NCBI GenBank assembly: GCA_026026165.1
Contig: JAPEUD010000105.1
Span: forward strand, 1 to 61,571
Length of the DNA: 61,571 nt
Direction of reading: 5' to 3'
Origin: Sarea resinae
Taxonomy: Eukaryota
In this document: positions 60,259 to 61,571 of the stretch, in pieces
Layout of the letters: each line of letters opens with the position of its first letter
Position numbering within the stretch: position 1 is the stretch's first letter
Notes under the pieces: model-generated
Database searches by the model: none
Seen by the model: the letters and a program-made list of their open reading frames with translations, nothing else
Told to the model about the DNA's origin: nothing
Translations under genes and position numbers: made by a program

Positions 60259-61571
60259 ATGAATTCGCATACTGTCACCGGCTTGAAGCGATGGTCTTGT
60301 CAGGATTCTGAGCTTCCGAGTGAGTCGCATCATCGACTCTCGAACAGCAGTCAAGACTAGAAGCTAACACGATCCGGAATGCTACAGGCGTGCAGCAGGT
60401 CAAAGCAATTCACATCTACGACTTCGACAATACCTGTGCGTCTCTCAGGCGAATAAGTCTATTCATCCTCTTGCTGATCTGCATAGTGTTCAAGAGCCCA
60501 TTGCCCAATGTCCAAATCTGGAACGGCCCGACATTAGGATTTCTCCAGAACGCGGATACTCTCGTGAACGGAGGATGGTGGCAAGATGCGAATATCCTGG
60601 CCTCAACCGGGGAGGGGGTGGCCAAAGAAGAATCTAGGGCATGGGACGGCTGGTGGAACGAGCAGATTGTATGACAGCCGGTGATTCTGACGCGGAATAT
60701 AATACTGACGTCTGGAAGGTCCGCCTCGTTGAGCTCAGCATGCAGCAAAAGGACGCACTGACCGTGCTCCTCACCGGCCGCTCAGAAAGCGGGTTCGCAG
60801 ACCTCATCAAGCGCATGGTAGCTAGCAAGAGGCTCGAGTTCGACATGGTGTGCCTAAAGCCAGCAGTCGGACCGGCAAACCAACGATTTGACAGCACAAT
60901 GATCTTCAAGCAGGCGCTGCTTGCGGACATTGTGTACACGTACAGAGACGCCGACGAGATCCGAGTCTACGAAGACAGAGTCAAGCAGTAATACTTCCCA
61001 CCCGCCAGATTTCCCCCGTCGGCCTCCTTCCACTAACACGCGATTATAGCGTCAAAGCCTTCCGCGACTACTTTACCACCTTTAACAAAGCCCTTCACTC
61101 GCCCGACCCCCCCGTCGCCCGCAAACCCATCACAGCAGAAGTAATTCAAGTTTCAGAAGCGGCCACCACGCTCGACGCCGTCACGGAAGTAGCAGAGGTT
61201 CAAAAGATGATCAACTTTCACAACCAGACCCTCTCCGCTCCGCTAAATCGGCAGCAGCAGCAGCAGATCCCTAACAACATCAGAGCGCGCCGCTGCCTTC
61301 AAATAAAACGAACCGTCTTCTACACCGGTTACATCATCCCTCCGGCCACTACCTCGCTCCTCTTGACCCTCATGTCCACCCCGCCACATCTCCCAGAAGG
61401 CGAGATCAAGTTTCTTGCAAACAACATCCTCATCACTCCACGGCCCTGCCCGGCCTCGATCCTCGAAAAGACTGGCGACATAGGCACGCCGGTGAAATGG
61501 CAAGTCACGGGCGTCGCGAGCTTCGAGTCGAAGGTCTGGGCCGCGAGCGTGGCACCTGTACCGGCGACACA
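60259..61571 (+). CDS. HAD-domain protein of the Swiss Army Knife RNA-repair type (DUF2410); at least four introns; truncated by the window end; start uncertain
   Basis: HTVTGLKRWS, IHIYDFDNT/LFKSPLPN (HAD DxD), NGGWW, W.GWWNE, LTVLLTGRSE..F, LKP, ST..FKQ, I.VYEDR, and later YTGY and HxT-like NNILITP. Confidence 0.82.

Overview
Gene-dense eukaryotic DNA from a filamentous ascomycete (Pezizomycotina-type: short GT..AG introns with CTRAC branch sites, a Zn2Cys6 factor, xanA). About 28 protein-coding genes or gene fragments can be read, mostly conserved housekeeping genes: LRO1 3' end, RPN12, DPH7, VPS51, RMI1, SKI3, an EGH1-like GH5, MSN5, GRIM-19, TRM10, FBP1, MYG1, OXR1, MSS1, VID27, xanA, a RING ligase and a HAD/SAK protein. 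The most unusual part is a ~3.4 kb island (24.3-27.7 kb) between the GH5 gene and MSN5. It holds two head-to-head genes with nucleotidyltransferase-type motifs (one intronless with AbiEii/MenT-like signatures, one degenerate) and an adjacent decayed Tc1/mariner transposase. Other highlights are a secreted multicopper oxidase with an 8 x 24-nt Met-rich tandem insert, four CGG-N7-CGG sites upstream of FBP1, and a perfect UaY-type site upstream of xanA. All family assignments come from motif recognition by eye; no searches were run. Intron boundaries are manual predictions. No rRNA, tRNA or CRISPR array was recognised.
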